NCBI GenBank assembly: GCA_905339165.1
Contig: CAJPFH010000026.1
Coordinates: 31,471 to 95,470, forward strand
Length of the DNA: 64,000 nucleotides
Source: Flavobacteriales bacterium
GTDB taxonomy: Bacteria; Bacteroidota; Bacteroidia; Flavobacteriales_E; Vicingaceae
Direction: 5' to 3'
Position 1 is the first letter of the stretch. Each line of letters opens with the position of its first letter. Below, in pieces: positions 10,246-20,711 of this stretch. The notes beneath the pieces were generated by a model that was not told the DNA's origin, ran no database searches, and saw only the letters and a list, made by a program, of their open reading frames with translations. The position numbers were made by a program, and so were the translations under genes.

Positions 10246-10938
10246 CTAAGAACATGCTTCGGTCGCTTTTTTCCAAAGTGCATCATCTTGTGGAGGGTAG
10301 GCGGTAATGCAAATATTTTCTTTGCTTACCGGATGAATGAACTCTATTTTTAGTGCATGTAGATGTATTGAAGCATCAGCATTACTTCGTTTATCTCCAT
10401 ATTTAACATCACCTTTAATAGGGCAACCAATGGCGGCAAGTTGAGCCCTTATTTGGTGGTGTCTGCCCGTATAGGGGAGAATCTTTAACAGGTAATATTT
10501 TTCAAAACAATAAAGGGTAGAGTACTCTAATTCGGCTCTTTTGCTATTGTTTTTTTGTGTGGTATTGGCAAAACTTTTGTTTTTTCCAGGGTTTCGGGTA
10601 AGGTAATGAATTAAGGTTTCTGTTGGTTGGGGAGGTTTATTTTTTACCACGGCCCAATATGTTTTTTGAACTGCCTGAGATTGAAATAGTTCATTCATTC
10701 TGGCTAAAGCTTTGCTGGTTTTTGCAAAAAGCACGATTCCGCTAACTGGCCTGTCTATTCGGTGTATAACTCCTACAAAAGCTTCACCTGGTTTGTTGTA
10801 TTTTTCTTTTAGGTAAGTAGCTACTTTTTCACTTAGAGGTTGATCTCCGGTTTTATCGCCTTGCACAATTTCTGAAGGCCTTTTATTTATGGCTATCAGG
10901 TGATTGTCTTCGTAAAGTATTTCCAAGGGGGTATTCAA
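10246..10938 (-). CDS. RluA-family pseudouridine synthase
   Basis: HRIDRPVSGIVLFAKT catalytic Asp motif, 230 aa. Confidence 0.75.
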   Translation of the reverse strand: MNTPLEILYEDNHLIAINKRPSEIVQGDKTGDQPLSEKVATYLKEKYNKPGEAFVGVIHRIDRPVSGIVLFAKTSKALARMNELFQSQAVQKTYWAVVKNKPPQPTETLIHYLTRNPGKNKSFANTTQKNNSKRAELEYSTLYCFEKYYLLKILPYTGRHHQIRAQLAAIGCPIKGDVKYGDKRSNADASIHLHALKIEFIHPVSKENICITAYPPQDDALWKKATEACS

Positions 10939-10959
10939 AAAAGAAAAGGTGAGAGATAT

Positions 10960-11790
10960 TTAATACTGTTCTTTTTCATTAGGAAAATCGAGCGTTTTAA
11001 TATCGTTAATATATTTTCCTACAGCTTTATAAATATCATCGTAAAGGTTTAAGTATCTACGCAAAAATCGGGGACTAAATTGCTTGTTAATTCCCAACAT
11101 ATCGTGAAGCACCAACACTTGTCCATCAACTCCGCTGCCTGCCCCAATGCCAATAACAGGTATTTTAACTTCTTTGGCTACTTTGCTTGCAAGTTTTGCC
11201 GGAATTTTTTCTAATACGATAGAAAAGCACCCGGTTTGTTCTAATAATTTAGCATCACTAATTAACTTATCAGCCTCTTCTTTTTCTTTAGCTCGAACAT
11301 TGTAAGTGCCAAATTTATAGATAGATTGAGGTGTTAATCCTAGATGCCCCATTACAGGAATTCCGGCCGAAAGAATTCGAGAAATAGATTCTACAATTTC
11401 TTTTCCACCTTCCATTTTAACGGCATGTGCTCCGGTTTCTTTCATAATGCGAATGGAAGAGTTTAAGGCTTCCTTAGAATTGCCTTGATAACTTCCAAAG
11501 GGTAAATCAACCACTATTAAAGCTCTATTTACGGCTCTTACCACCGATGCTCCGTGGTAAATCATTTGGTCTAGAGTAATAGGTAAAGTAGTTTCATGCC
11601 CCGCCATTACATTCGAGGCTGAATCGCCTACCAATATAACATCTATGCCTGCTGCATCAATAATTTTTGCTAGAGAGTAGTCGTATGCAGTAAGCATGGA
11701 AATTTTTTCACCTCTAAATTTCATTTCCTGCAATACGTGAGTAGTAACTTTTGTTACTTCTGCTTTTGTTTGTTGTTTTTTTGCTGACAT
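10960..11790 (-). CDS. panB: 3-methyl-2-oxobutanoate hydroxymethyltransferase
   Basis: [48 protein letters not shown] strongly PanB-like. Confidence 0.9.
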   Translation of the reverse strand: MSAKKQQTKAEVTKVTTHVLQEMKFRGEKISMLTAYDYSLAKIIDAAGIDVILVGDSASNVMAGHETTLPITLDQMIYHGASVVRAVNRALIVVDLPFGSYQGNSKEALNSSIRIMKETGAHAVKMEGGKEIVESISRILSAGIPVMGHLGLTPQSIYKFGTYNVRAKEKEEADKLISDAKLLEQTGCFSIVLEKIPAKLASKVAKEVKIPVIGIGAGSGVDGQVLVLHDMLGINKQFSPRFLRRYLNLYDDIYKAVGKYINDIKTLDFPNEKEQY

Positions 11791-11862
11791 TTTTCCGCCT
11801 GTATTTTAAAATAGCCGTTTATAAAGTATTACAAGCACAAAGCTACAAAATAAGCTATTGCT

Positions 11863-12990
11863 TTGTCTAAAAATACTATTTTTGCCGATAATAAAACAAA
11901 TTACACCTTTCCTATTATTAATGAAGATATGTTGAATTTCACTAAAAGAATAATTTATACTGTAATGTTTTCGGTTGGCTTATTACTTTTTGCATGCTCC
12001 ACCGATTTATCATTAAATGCCCCATACAAGGATATTTCAGTAGTTTTTGGATTACTGAATCCTGCCGATAGTGTGCAGTATATTAGGATAAATAAGGCCT
12101 TTTTGGGAGAAATGAGTGCCGATGAAATTTCTAAAAACCCTGATTCTATTCATTATGCACCCGGCACCTTTCAGGTAATAATAGAAGAATGGTACAACAA
12201 AAACTTATTGCAGGTAATTACGCTTTCGGAAACACAAGAAAAAATTAAAGAAGAAGGATATTTTGCCACCTCTAATTATACTTTATTTAAGACAAATACT
12301 CCTATCAACCCGGATTATACCTATAAATTAAAGATTACCAATTCTAAATCGAAAAAAGAAATTACCTCAGAAACGCTTATTTGTGGCTACTGTCAGGTTT
12401 CTAAACCTTCTCCCATTTCTTCACCCAATGTGGCATTTGCAAATAATTTTCAAGAGTATCAGGAATATATTTTTAAATGGACATCCGCTCCAAACGTAAG
12501 GAGATACCAGTTGTATTTAGATTTTAACTACCGAGATATTCCTGTTTCCGGCACCGATACTATTGCCCGAAAAGTGAGAATATATATTGGCGAAGAAAAA
12601 ATTTCGGATACCAAACTCTCTGGGGGCAAAAGTTTAGAGAAAGTTTTTAACGGAGAAAGTTTCTATAAAAAAATAGGAGAAACTGTTAAATTTGATTCCA
12701 ATGTAAAACTAAGAGAATTGGGTAATTGCGATTTTATACTATACGGAGCAGCCGAAGAACTTAGTATTTACATGGATATCTCAAAACCATCGAATACCAT
12801 CAATCAGGAAAAGCCAGATTACACCAACTTAACTAATGCAGCCGGCATTTTTTCTTCTAGAAATACCACCACCAAACAAGGAATAAAACTGAACCAATAC
12901 ACCATTAAAATGTTTGGATTTTCTCAGTACACAAACAATCTGAATTTTTGCGACCCGGAGCCAAATCCTCAAACCATTCCTTGTAATTAA
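11863..12990 (+). CDS. hypothetical lipoprotein (likely real start about 11929, MLNFTKRIIY...LLLFACS)
   Basis: Signal peptide with Cys lipobox; no recognisable catalytic motif. Confidence 0.5.
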   Translation: MSKNTIFADNKTNYTFPIINEDMLNFTKRIIYTVMFSVGLLLFACSTDLSLNAPYKDISVVFGLLNPADSVQYIRINKAFLGEMSADEISKNPDSIHYAPGTFQVIIEEWYNKNLLQVITLSETQEKIKEEGYFATSNYTLFKTNTPINPDYTYKLKITNSKSKKEITSETLICGYCQVSKPSPISSPNVAFANNFQEYQEYIFKWTSAPNVRRYQLYLDFNYRDIPVSGTDTIARKVRIYIGEEKISDTKLSGGKSLEKVFNGESFYKKIGETVKFDSNVKLRELGNCDFILYGAAEELSIYMDISKPSNTINQEKPDYTNLTNAAGIFSSRNTTTKQGIKLNQYTIKMFGFSQYTNNLNFCDPEPNPQTIPCN

Positions 12991-13135
12991 TGCAATATTG
13001 GCAGATTGCCTGACAGGTAAAAAGGAATGGAGCTAAAGAAAAGTGTCATTTTTTCGTATTATCTACATTGTGTTTGGGTGGCACAATCATTGACCCTCTG
13101 CAAGGCAAAAAAAGTAAACACTAAAACAAATTAAT

Positions 13136-15049
13136 ATGAGTAAAATTATTGGAATTGATTTAGGTACAACAAACTCCTGCGTTTCAGTTATGGAAGGAAA
13201 CGAACCTGTTGTAATTCCTAACAGCGAAGGAAAACGCACCACACCCTCGGTAGTGGGTTTTTTAGAAGGAGGAGAGCGTACTGTAGGAGACCCCGCAAAA
13301 CGTCAGGCCATTACCAATCCGCGTAAAACCATTTTTTCTATAAAACGCTTCATGGGTCATCTGTTCAGCGAAATGGAAAAGGAAGTGCCCCGAGTACCAT
13401 ATGAAGTGGTAAAAGGTGAGAATAACACGGTACGTGTTAAAATAGACGACCGCATGTACACTCCTCAGGAAATCTCGGCCATGATTCTTCAAAAAATGAA
13501 AAAAACAGCGGAAGATTATCTCGGGCAAGAAGTAACCGAAGCCGTAATTACTGTACCGGCATACTTTAACGACTCGCAACGCCAGGCCACCAAAGAAGCA
13601 GGTGAAATAGCCGGATTAAAAGTGAGAAGAATAATTAACGAGCCTACTGCAGCCGCTTTGGCATACGGGCTCGACAAAAGAAACAAAGACCAAAAAATAG
13701 TAGTTTTTGATTGCGGAGGTGGAACACACGATGTATCGGTATTAGAATTGGGCGATGGAGTGTTTGAAGTAAAATCTACCGATGGAGATACTCATTTGGG
13801 AGGAGACGATTTTGACCAAAAAATTATAGACTGGATGGCCGATGAATTTAAGACTGCCGAAGGAATTGATTTAAGGTTAGACCCAATGGCTCTTCAACGA
13901 TTAAAAGAAGCAGCCGAAAAAGCAAAAATAGAATTATCCAGTACCGCTCAAACCGAAATTAATTTACCTTACATTACAGCTACCAATACAGGCCCAAAAC
14001 ACCTGGTAAAAACACTAACCCGTGCAAAATTTGAGCAACTAGCCGATGATTTAATTCAACGTACCATTGCACCCTGTAAATCGGCATTAAAAAGTGCCAA
14101 TTTAAATGTAGGCGATATTGATGAAATTATCCTAGTAGGGGGGTCTACCCGTATTCCGGCTATTCAGGAAGCCGTTAAAAAATTCTTTGGAAAAGAACCT
14201 TCAAAAGGAGTTAATCCCGATGAAGTTGTAGCTGTTGGAGCGTCTATTCAGGGAGGGGTTTTAACAGGAGAGGTAAAAGATGTGTTACTTTTAGATGTAA
14301 CTCCACTTTCTTTAGGAATAGAAACCATGGGAGGGGTATTCACAAGACTTATTGAGGCCAATACTACTATTCCTACTAAAAAATCAGAAACATTCTCTAC
14401 CGCCTCCGATAATCAGCCTTCAGTAGAAATACACGTATTACAAGGAGAGCGACCCATGGCCAGAGATAATAAAACAATAGGTAAATTTCACTTAGACGGT
14501 TTGCCTCCTGCACCACGCGGTGTACCTCAAATTGAAGTAACTTTTGATATTGATGCGAACGGAATCTTAAATGTTTCAGCAAAAGATAAGGCGACCAACA
14601 AACAACAAAGTATTCGCATAGAAGCCTCTTCGGGTTTAAGTAAAGATGAAATCGAAAAAATGAAACGGGAGGCCGAATTAAATGCCGAGGCTGACAAAAA
14701 GCAAAAAGAAAAAGCAGAAAAAATTAATGCAGCCGACAGCCTTATTTTCCAAACCGAAAAACAACTGAAAGAATATGGCGATAAAATTCCTGCCGATATG
14801 CGAGGACCAATTGATAGTGCTTTAGCCGAATTGAAAACCGCTCACCAAAGTCAGGACGAAGTAGCCATAGAAGCGGCCATGAACAAACTAAACACAGCCT
14901 TTTCTGCGGCTTCGCAACACATATATAATGCTTCGGGACAAGCAGCAACAGAGGGAACCCATGCACAAGGAACCTCCGAAGGCAATGCCGGAGACGGGGA
15001 GGTTACAGATGTTGATTTTGAAGAAGTAAAAGACGATAACAATAAATAA
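13136..15049 (+). CDS. dnaK: molecular chaperone DnaK (Hsp70)
   Basis: [20 protein letters not shown]-like [29 protein letters not shown]; 637 aa. Confidence 0.97.
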   Translation: MSKIIGIDLGTTNSCVSVMEGNEPVVIPNSEGKRTTPSVVGFLEGGERTVGDPAKRQAITNPRKTIFSIKRFMGHLFSEMEKEVPRVPYEVVKGENNTVRVKIDDRMYTPQEISAMILQKMKKTAEDYLGQEVTEAVITVPAYFNDSQRQATKEAGEIAGLKVRRIINEPTAAALAYGLDKRNKDQKIVVFDCGGGTHDVSVLELGDGVFEVKSTDGDTHLGGDDFDQKIIDWMADEFKTAEGIDLRLDPMALQRLKEAAEKAKIELSSTAQTEINLPYITATNTGPKHLVKTLTRAKFEQLADDLIQRTIAPCKSALKSANLNVGDIDEIILVGGSTRIPAIQEAVKKFFGKEPSKGVNPDEVVAVGASIQGGVLTGEVKDVLLLDVTPLSLGIETMGGVFTRLIEANTTIPTKKSETFSTASDNQPSVEIHVLQGERPMARDNKTIGKFHLDGLPPAPRGVPQIEVTFDIDANGILNVSAKDKATNKQQSIRIEASSGLSKDEIEKMKREAELNAEADKKQKEKAEKINAADSLIFQTEKQLKEYGDKIPADMRGPIDSALAELKTAHQSQDEVAIEAAMNKLNTAFSAASQHIYNASGQAATEGTHAQGTSEGNAGDGEVTDVDFEEVKDDNNK

Positions 15050-15072
15050 TATAAGTTTAGAATTTTTAAAAA

Positions 15073-15107
15073 AGCGGTGCGAAATGAATCGTACCGCTTT
15101 TTGTTTT
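15073..15107 (+). terminator. rho-independent terminator after dnaK
   Basis: Hairpin agcggtgcgaaatgaatcgtaccgct followed by TTTTTGTTTT. Confidence 0.7.
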
Positions 15108-15158
15108 ATCAACAGTTAAAGAAAAAGTGGTTAACAGATTTCTTTTGCACAGAAATAC

Positions 15159-15166
15159 TACTTTTG
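15159..15166 (+). promoter_or_regulatory. Bacteroidetes-type -7 element TACTTTTG (TAnnTTTG) upstream of the RPE-like gene
   Basis: Exact TAnnTTTG match 13 nt upstream of ATG at 15179; TTTG at 15144-15147. Confidence 0.45.
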
Positions 15167-15178
15167 CAAGGCTTTAGT

Positions 15179-16183
15179 ATGAAAATTTCTGCATCTATAT
15201 ATTCCAATAAAACCGATTTACTGGAAAATACTATTAAAAATCTGCATCAAAACGGTGTCGACTTGTTTCATGTAGATTGTAACGATGACCTAGGTGTTTT
15301 TGATGATTTTAAAACTATACGAGCTCATAGCAATAAGCCCATCGATTTACATATTATTACTCCCACTCCGGAAAAATATTTTTCTTACATAGAAAAAGAA
15401 AAACCCGATTACGTTACTTTTCAATTTGAAGAAATTTCGGGCAAATTACAATTGCCAGACACCCTTGCAAAATACGGATTGGCAATAACCTCTAATACAC
15501 CTATTGATGTGTTTGATGAATATGCCGAATGCTTTTCGTTTATTCTTATAATGGCCACCACTCCGGGTAAAAGTGGAGGGCAGTTTAACAAAGAAAATTT
15601 TGAAAAAATTAGAGCCTTCAAAAGGCGTTATCCCGAAAAAGCGGTACATGTTGATGGGGGCGTTAATGCAGAAGTTTCTTTTATACTCCGTAACATGGGA
15701 GTAGATGTAGCAGTATCGGGTTCTTATTTATTTAACGAAACACACGTGGGTACGGCTCTGTTAAATCTTAAAGCCAACGAAACACATTCTACCTACTGTG
15801 TGAAAGATTTTATGCACAACAAAAATGAAATTCCCCTCTTAGTAAATGAAAATTGCCAACTGAAGGATGTACTAAATTCAATAGAAACAGGAAAAATGGG
15901 ATTTACTATTTTGGCCGATAAAACGGGAAAATTAGAAGGGCTGATTAGTAATGCCGATGTAAGAAAAGGCTTATTGAAACATATAGAAGATTTGAACAAG
16001 GTAACTATAAATGATGTAACGAATCGTACACCGGTTACAATAAACGAAAATACGACCGTAAAAGAAATGCTCGAGTTTATACGTAATAAGAAATTTCCCA
16101 TTTCATATATGCCAGTATTAGATAATAATGAAAAAGTAAGTGGAGCTCTTACCTTTTTCAACTTAATTAAAGGAGAATTATGA
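15179..16183 (+). CDS. ribulose-phosphate 3-epimerase-like TIM-barrel enzyme fused to a C-terminal CBS-domain pair
   Basis: RPE metal/catalytic positions conserved (HVDCNDD, DLHII, TTPGKSGGQF, HVDGGV, VAVSGS); C-terminal about 120 aa with two CBS-like repeats; ATGA overlap with next gene. Confidence 0.65.
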   Translation: MKISASIYSNKTDLLENTIKNLHQNGVDLFHVDCNDDLGVFDDFKTIRAHSNKPIDLHIITPTPEKYFSYIEKEKPDYVTFQFEEISGKLQLPDTLAKYGLAITSNTPIDVFDEYAECFSFILIMATTPGKSGGQFNKENFEKIRAFKRRYPEKAVHVDGGVNAEVSFILRNMGVDVAVSGSYLFNETHVGTALLNLKANETHSTYCVKDFMHNKNEIPLLVNENCQLKDVLNSIETGKMGFTILADKTGKLEGLISNADVRKGLLKHIEDLNKVTINDVTNRTPVTINENTTVKEMLEFIRNKKFPISYMPVLDNNEKVSGALTFFNLIKGEL

Positions 16184-17181
16184 TAGTACACCTTAAAAAA
16201 TCACTAACCACAAGCGAAGTTCAAACCATTGCCGATGAGTTAAAAGCCATTGTAATTACAAATCCCGATAAGTATGTATTAATTACTCCTTCGGCATTAA
16301 AAGAGTTGAGTTCCCAATACACTTCCGTTACTGAAGCGGTGTTTCCAATGTCTTCGGATATTCAACTAGCCTCGGCCGATTACCTTAAAAACAAAAGAGA
16401 AGTTCTTTTAGGTAAAGGTGTTGTAATTGGCGGAAACACTCATCATACTGCAATTATTGCCGGCCCTTGTTCAGTAGAATCAGAAGAGCAAATAGAAAGT
16501 GCTGCACAACTAATGCAAAAACTAGGAATTAGCACATTGCGTGCAGGTTGCTATAAGCCACGTACTTCACCTTACAGTTTTCAGGGTTTAGGATTGGAAG
16601 GCTTGAAATTGCTTGCTAAAATGAGAGAAAAATACAATCTGAATATCATTACCGAAGTAAGAGATGCTACGCATATAGAGGAGGTAATAGAATATGCCGA
16701 TATTATACAAATTGGGGCAAAATCAATGTACGATCATGGTATATTACGAAGATGTGGTAAAACCAATAAACCGGTTTTGTTAAAAAGAGGATTTGGTACT
16801 ACGCTGCAAGAATTTGTGCAGGCTGCCGAATTTATACTTAGCGGAGGAAATGAAAATGTAATATTATGCGAGAGAGGTATCCGAACTTTCGAAACAAAAA
16901 CCCGTTTTACGCTTGATTTGTGCGGAGCTGCTTATTTAAAAGAATATACGAACCTTCCGGTTATTCTAGATCCTAGTCATGCTATAGGATATGCTTACGG
17001 AGTGCCCGATTTATCGAGGGCTTGTATGGCTATGGGGGTAGATGGTTTACTTATTGAGGTGCACCCCAATCCGAAAATAGCTCTATCTGATGCTTCGCAA
17101 CAATTGAACCATGAGCAGTTTAGCAACTTGTTTACTTCTCTTAAAAACCTGGCTAATGCCATAGACCGAAAAATCGTGTAA
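16180..17181 (+). CDS. 3-deoxy-7-phosphoheptulonate (DAHP) synthase, class I-beta with N-terminal ferredoxin-like regulatory domain (Thermotoga/Bacillus type)
   Basis: IIAGPCSVESEEQ, KPRTSPYSFQGLGLEGL, KPVLLKRGF, ILCERGIRTFE, PVILDPSH, LLIEVHPNPKIALSD near-identical to AroA(G)/T. maritima DAHPS motifs; about 95-aa N-terminal extension. Confidence 0.8.
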   Translation: MIVHLKKSLTTSEVQTIADELKAIVITNPDKYVLITPSALKELSSQYTSVTEAVFPMSSDIQLASADYLKNKREVLLGKGVVIGGNTHHTAIIAGPCSVESEEQIESAAQLMQKLGISTLRAGCYKPRTSPYSFQGLGLEGLKLLAKMREKYNLNIITEVRDATHIEEVIEYADIIQIGAKSMYDHGILRRCGKTNKPVLLKRGFGTTLQEFVQAAEFILSGGNENVILCERGIRTFETKTRFTLDLCGAAYLKEYTNLPVILDPSHAIGYAYGVPDLSRACMAMGVDGLLIEVHPNPKIALSDASQQLNHEQFSNLFTSLKNLANAIDRKIV

Positions 17182-17867
17182 TGAAATCGTACATTTACCA
17201 AAATATAAAATTTTTAGTTGGAAACGACAGCAAAGAAGTGTCTAAAAAAACAGGCATCTCTAAGGAAGTGATAAAAAAAATAATTTTAGAAACTCATATC
17301 CCTACTCCTGAACAAATTTGTCTTTTTTCCGATTATTTTAATATCAGTACAGAAATACTTTTAAAAAAAGAACTGAAGATAAAGAAGAATGTACCCCCTA
17401 TAAAATTTTTAGTGATTGATGTAGACGGTGTGCTAACCGATGGAGGAATGTATTATTCGGAAAGTGGAGATGAGTTCAAAAAATTTCACACCCGAGATGG
17501 AATGGGTATAAAAAAACTTACAGAAAAAGGATTTCCGGTAGCCCTGCTAAGTTCCGGATTTAATAAAAAATTAATTCAACGTAGAGCCGACTTGTTAAAA
17601 ATAAAGTATGTATATGTGGGAAAAGAAGCGAAGTTGAATATACTCTCAAAATGGTGCAAACAACTCAAAATAAAGATGGGAGAGGTGGCTTACATGGGTG
17701 ATGATATAAATGATTTAGAAGTAATAAAAAAAGTAGGTTTAAGTGCCTGTCCTGCCGATGCGGTTGATAGTATAAAAAGGCATGCCGATGTAATTACTGA
17801 TAAAAAGGGAGGTAATGCATGTGTGAGGGAATTTATAGATAACTGGCTGCTTAGTACCATTAAATAG
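17181..17867 (+). CDS. KdsC-family HAD phosphatase with N-terminal XRE-type HTH domain
   Basis: C-terminal VIDVDGVLTDGG...GDDINDL (YrbI/KdsC HAD motifs I-IV); N-terminal about 60 aa NIKFLVGNDSKEVSKKTGISKEVIKKI...ISTEILL matches Cro/C1 HTH pattern. Confidence 0.7.
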   Translation: MKSYIYQNIKFLVGNDSKEVSKKTGISKEVIKKIILETHIPTPEQICLFSDYFNISTEILLKKELKIKKNVPPIKFLVIDVDGVLTDGGMYYSESGDEFKKFHTRDGMGIKKLTEKGFPVALLSSGFNKKLIQRRADLLKIKYVYVGKEAKLNILSKWCKQLKIKMGEVAYMGDDINDLEVIKKVGLSACPADAVDSIKRHADVITDKKGGNACVREFIDNWLLSTIK

Positions 17868-18507
17868 CTGTAAGCTTATCCATATCTATTTTTTTTGCCA
17901 CACTTTTTAAGAAGTCGGTATTTTCTTGTTTGTTCGCTTCAATATTTAACCAAAAGCGATAGCCGACACCCAATGTTAATGTGGCTTCTTTCGATTTCTT
18001 TTTAAATGTTTCCCATCCTGCAATTTCATCATTCAATTTTACCCCGTTTGCTTTTTCAGTTGGAGTATCTATGCTCATTCCCATAGCCCACATGGCGGTA
18101 GCCGACTGGTAAATGCCGTATGCCTGATTATAATCTACGATAGTAATTTTAATGTATTCTCCATCTTCTTTTTCATATCGGGCATCAACACTCGAATAAC
18201 TCATGCCGGCCATATTTACACTGCTTCCATTAGGTTCTTTACGTTTATATCCATCAATTTCCTCGGGTAAAAATTCCATTAATTTTTCATAATGCATGGC
18301 TAGAGTGTCCCCTCTTTCTTTACGCTCTTTAATTTTCTCTTCTACTTTACTAAGGTTGTTCTTCATTTCCTTTCCTGCTTTAGAAAGATTTGATATAGCT
18401 TCGAAGGCATTGCTTGGGCCTTTCGTTTCTTCAAAATCATCATTTTTACTGCCACCGCAAGAGAGTATGATAACAGATAATAATGTGCAGATAATTTGTT
18501 TTTTCAT
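17860..18507 (-). CDS. hypothetical lipoprotein
   Basis: MKKQIICTLLSVIILSCGG signal/lipobox; ORF extends to 18543 but likely starts at 18507. Confidence 0.5.
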   Translation of the reverse strand: MKKQIICTLLSVIILSCGGSKNDDFEETKGPSNAFEAISNLSKAGKEMKNNLSKVEEKIKERKERGDTLAMHYEKLMEFLPEEIDGYKRKEPNGSSVNMAGMSYSSVDARYEKEDGEYIKITIVDYNQAYGIYQSATAMWAMGMSIDTPTEKANGVKLNDEIAGWETFKKKSKEATLTLGVGYRFWLNIEANKQENTDFLKSVAKKIDMDKLTAI

Positions 18508-18850
18508 GGTAGAGGTATTTATTTGAATGATAGTTAGATGCAAAAAAATAATTCATAAAGATAAATAAATACTATGAATCGTTAATTATGTTATTTGAAA
18601 ACGATTAAGGAGTGAAACTAATTCATATTTTATCGATATTATATACTGTATTATAAAAAAAATCAATATATTATTATGTTTAAGTGCAATAAAATTTACG
18701 ATACGATGTTTAGGTTTAACAAATCACTATAGTAAAAATAATTTTTGCAACATACTAAAAAGGAGGGGTAGGGGAGTTTGGTGTCAAGAAGAGCAGGTTG
18801 GGGGACCTGCTCTTTCTTGTTTTACCCATTTAATTTCAGTGTTTTTTACG

Positions 18851-19666
18851 TTAAAATAGTTCTTTCCAAAAAATGTATTCGTTTAAGTTAGAAACATCGG
18901 GTTCTGATTTAAATATGCCATAAACAGCCGACCCGCTACCACTCATAGAAGCATAAACAGCCCCCCTACTATATAAGTTCTCTTTTAAACTTTTTATAAC
19001 TGGATATTTTTTCAAAATGCTTTCTTCAAAATCGTTAATCAAAAAGTCTTTCCAATATTCCGGTTTTTGTTTTAGCACTTCCATTAAATGGTGTTTGGGT
19101 TGTTTTGGAAAAATACCATTGTATGCTTCTTTGGTACTTATGTTATGTTGAGGCTTTATCACTAATATCCAGTATCCCTCCAAAGGAATATAAATATCCG
19201 ATAATACCTCTCCTTTGCCTTGCGCATACTGAGCTTTATTTTTAATAAAAAAAGCACAGTCGCTGCCTAAATTGCTTGCATAGTTTAATAAATTCTCTTC
19301 GTTTAAATTCAATTCGAAAATTGTATTTAACATTTTTAAGGTAAAAGCAGCATCAGCCGAACCACCACCTAACCCGGCTCCCATAGGAATTATTTTATGC
19401 AAATGTATTCGCACAGGTGGCAACAAATATTCTGTATCTAACAATTGGTATGCTTTTACACACAAATTGTCGTTGCTATTTCCATTAATGGGTATTCCCG
19501 AAAAGGTAACTTTAATTTTTTTTTTTGCACCTAAATGTGGAGTTATTTCCAGTATATCTCTCCATTGTATTGGATAAAATGCAGTTTCAATGGAATGAAA
19601 TCCATCAGAACGCTTTGAAATGACATGCAGGCCTAAATTAATTTTTGAATTCGGAAATAAAATCAT
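18851..19666 (-). CDS. ispE: 4-diphosphocytidyl-2-C-methyl-D-erythritol kinase
   Basis: KINLGLHVISKRSDGFHSIETAF and IPMGAGLGGGSADAA GHMP kinase motifs; ORF extends to 19729. Confidence 0.85.
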   Translation of the reverse strand: MILFPNSKINLGLHVISKRSDGFHSIETAFYPIQWRDILEITPHLGAKKKIKVTFSGIPINGNSNDNLCVKAYQLLDTEYLLPPVRIHLHKIIPMGAGLGGGSADAAFTLKMLNTIFELNLNEENLLNYASNLGSDCAFFIKNKAQYAQGKGEVLSDIYIPLEGYWILVIKPQHNISTKEAYNGIFPKQPKHHLMEVLKQKPEYWKDFLINDFEESILKKYPVIKSLKENLYSRGAVYASMSGSGSAVYGIFKSEPDVSNLNEYIFWKELF

Positions 19667-19746
19667 GGCACACAAAACTACGGATATAAAGAATAATTTA
19701 ATATTCGTACGAATTACTAATTTAGCCACTTAAAACCAATATCATT

Positions 19747-20706
19747 ATGACTACCTATCTTGATTTTGAAGAGCCTATTAAAATAATAGCCGAAGAAATA
19801 GAAAAAGTAAAAACTACCGGAGAAAAAACACAGGTAGATGTTAGCAAAACGGTAAAAGAACTCGAAAAAAAATTAAAAGATACTACCAAAGATATATACG
19901 AAAATCTAAGTGCTTGGCAAAGGGTAATGGTTTCTCGCCACCCCGACAGGCCTTACACATTAGCATACATTGATTATATAACCAATGGTACTTTTATAGA
20001 ATTGCATGGCGACCGTTCGGTAAAAGATGATAAGGCAATGGTGGGTGGATTCGGAATGGTCGAAGGGAAATCGGTAATGTTTATTGGTCAGCAAAAAGGG
20101 ATAAATACCAAAATGAGGCAGTATCGGAATTTTGGAATGGCCAACCCTGAAGGATATCGGAAGGCACTACGCTTAATGAAACTTGCCGAGAAATTTAATA
20201 AGCCTGTTGTTACCTTAATAGACACTCCGGGAGCATTTCCGGGTATTGAGGCCGAAGAAAGAGGACAGGGTGAGGCCATTGCTAAAAATTTAATGGAAAT
20301 GTCGCAATTAAAAGTACCTATTATTTGTATCATTATTGGTGAGGGAGCCTCTGGGGGAGCCTTGGGAATAGGAGTGGGCGATAAAGTATATATGTTAGAA
20401 AACACTTGGTATTCGGTTATTTCGCCCGAGTCTTGTTCTTCCATTTTATGGAGAAGTTGGGATCATAAAGAAAAAGCGGCTGAAGCATTGAAACTAACCG
20501 CCAAAGATATGCTGCATAATAAATTAATAGATGGTATTATAAAAGAGCCATTGGGAGGAGCCCACGCACGCCCAGAGGAAGCCTTTCAATTAGTAAAAGA
20601 AACGATACAGAAAGATTTAGTGAAACTTTGTAAAACAAAATCGGACAAGCTCGTGGAAAGTCGCATCAAAAAGTTTTGCGAGATGGGAGTTATTGAAGAA
20701 TTGTAA
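19747..20706 (+). CDS. accA: acetyl-CoA carboxylase carboxyltransferase alpha subunit
   Basis: 319 aa, [38 protein letters not shown]. Confidence 0.92.
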   Translation: MTTYLDFEEPIKIIAEEIEKVKTTGEKTQVDVSKTVKELEKKLKDTTKDIYENLSAWQRVMVSRHPDRPYTLAYIDYITNGTFIELHGDRSVKDDKAMVGGFGMVEGKSVMFIGQQKGINTKMRQYRNFGMANPEGYRKALRLMKLAEKFNKPVVTLIDTPGAFPGIEAEERGQGEAIAKNLMEMSQLKVPIICIIIGEGASGGALGIGVGDKVYMLENTWYSVISPESCSSILWRSWDHKEKAAEALKLTAKDMLHNKLIDGIIKEPLGGAHARPEEAFQLVKETIQKDLVKLCKTKSDKLVESRIKKFCEMGVIEEL

Positions 20707-20711
20707 AAAAA

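Noticed and set aside
18745-18815. Possible SRP (4.5S) RNA resemblance (GUCAAGAAGAGCAGG)
   Set aside because: Lacks the conserved helix-8 GNRA/GGAA tetraloop and symmetric-loop pattern; kept only as generic sRNA/terminator candidate.
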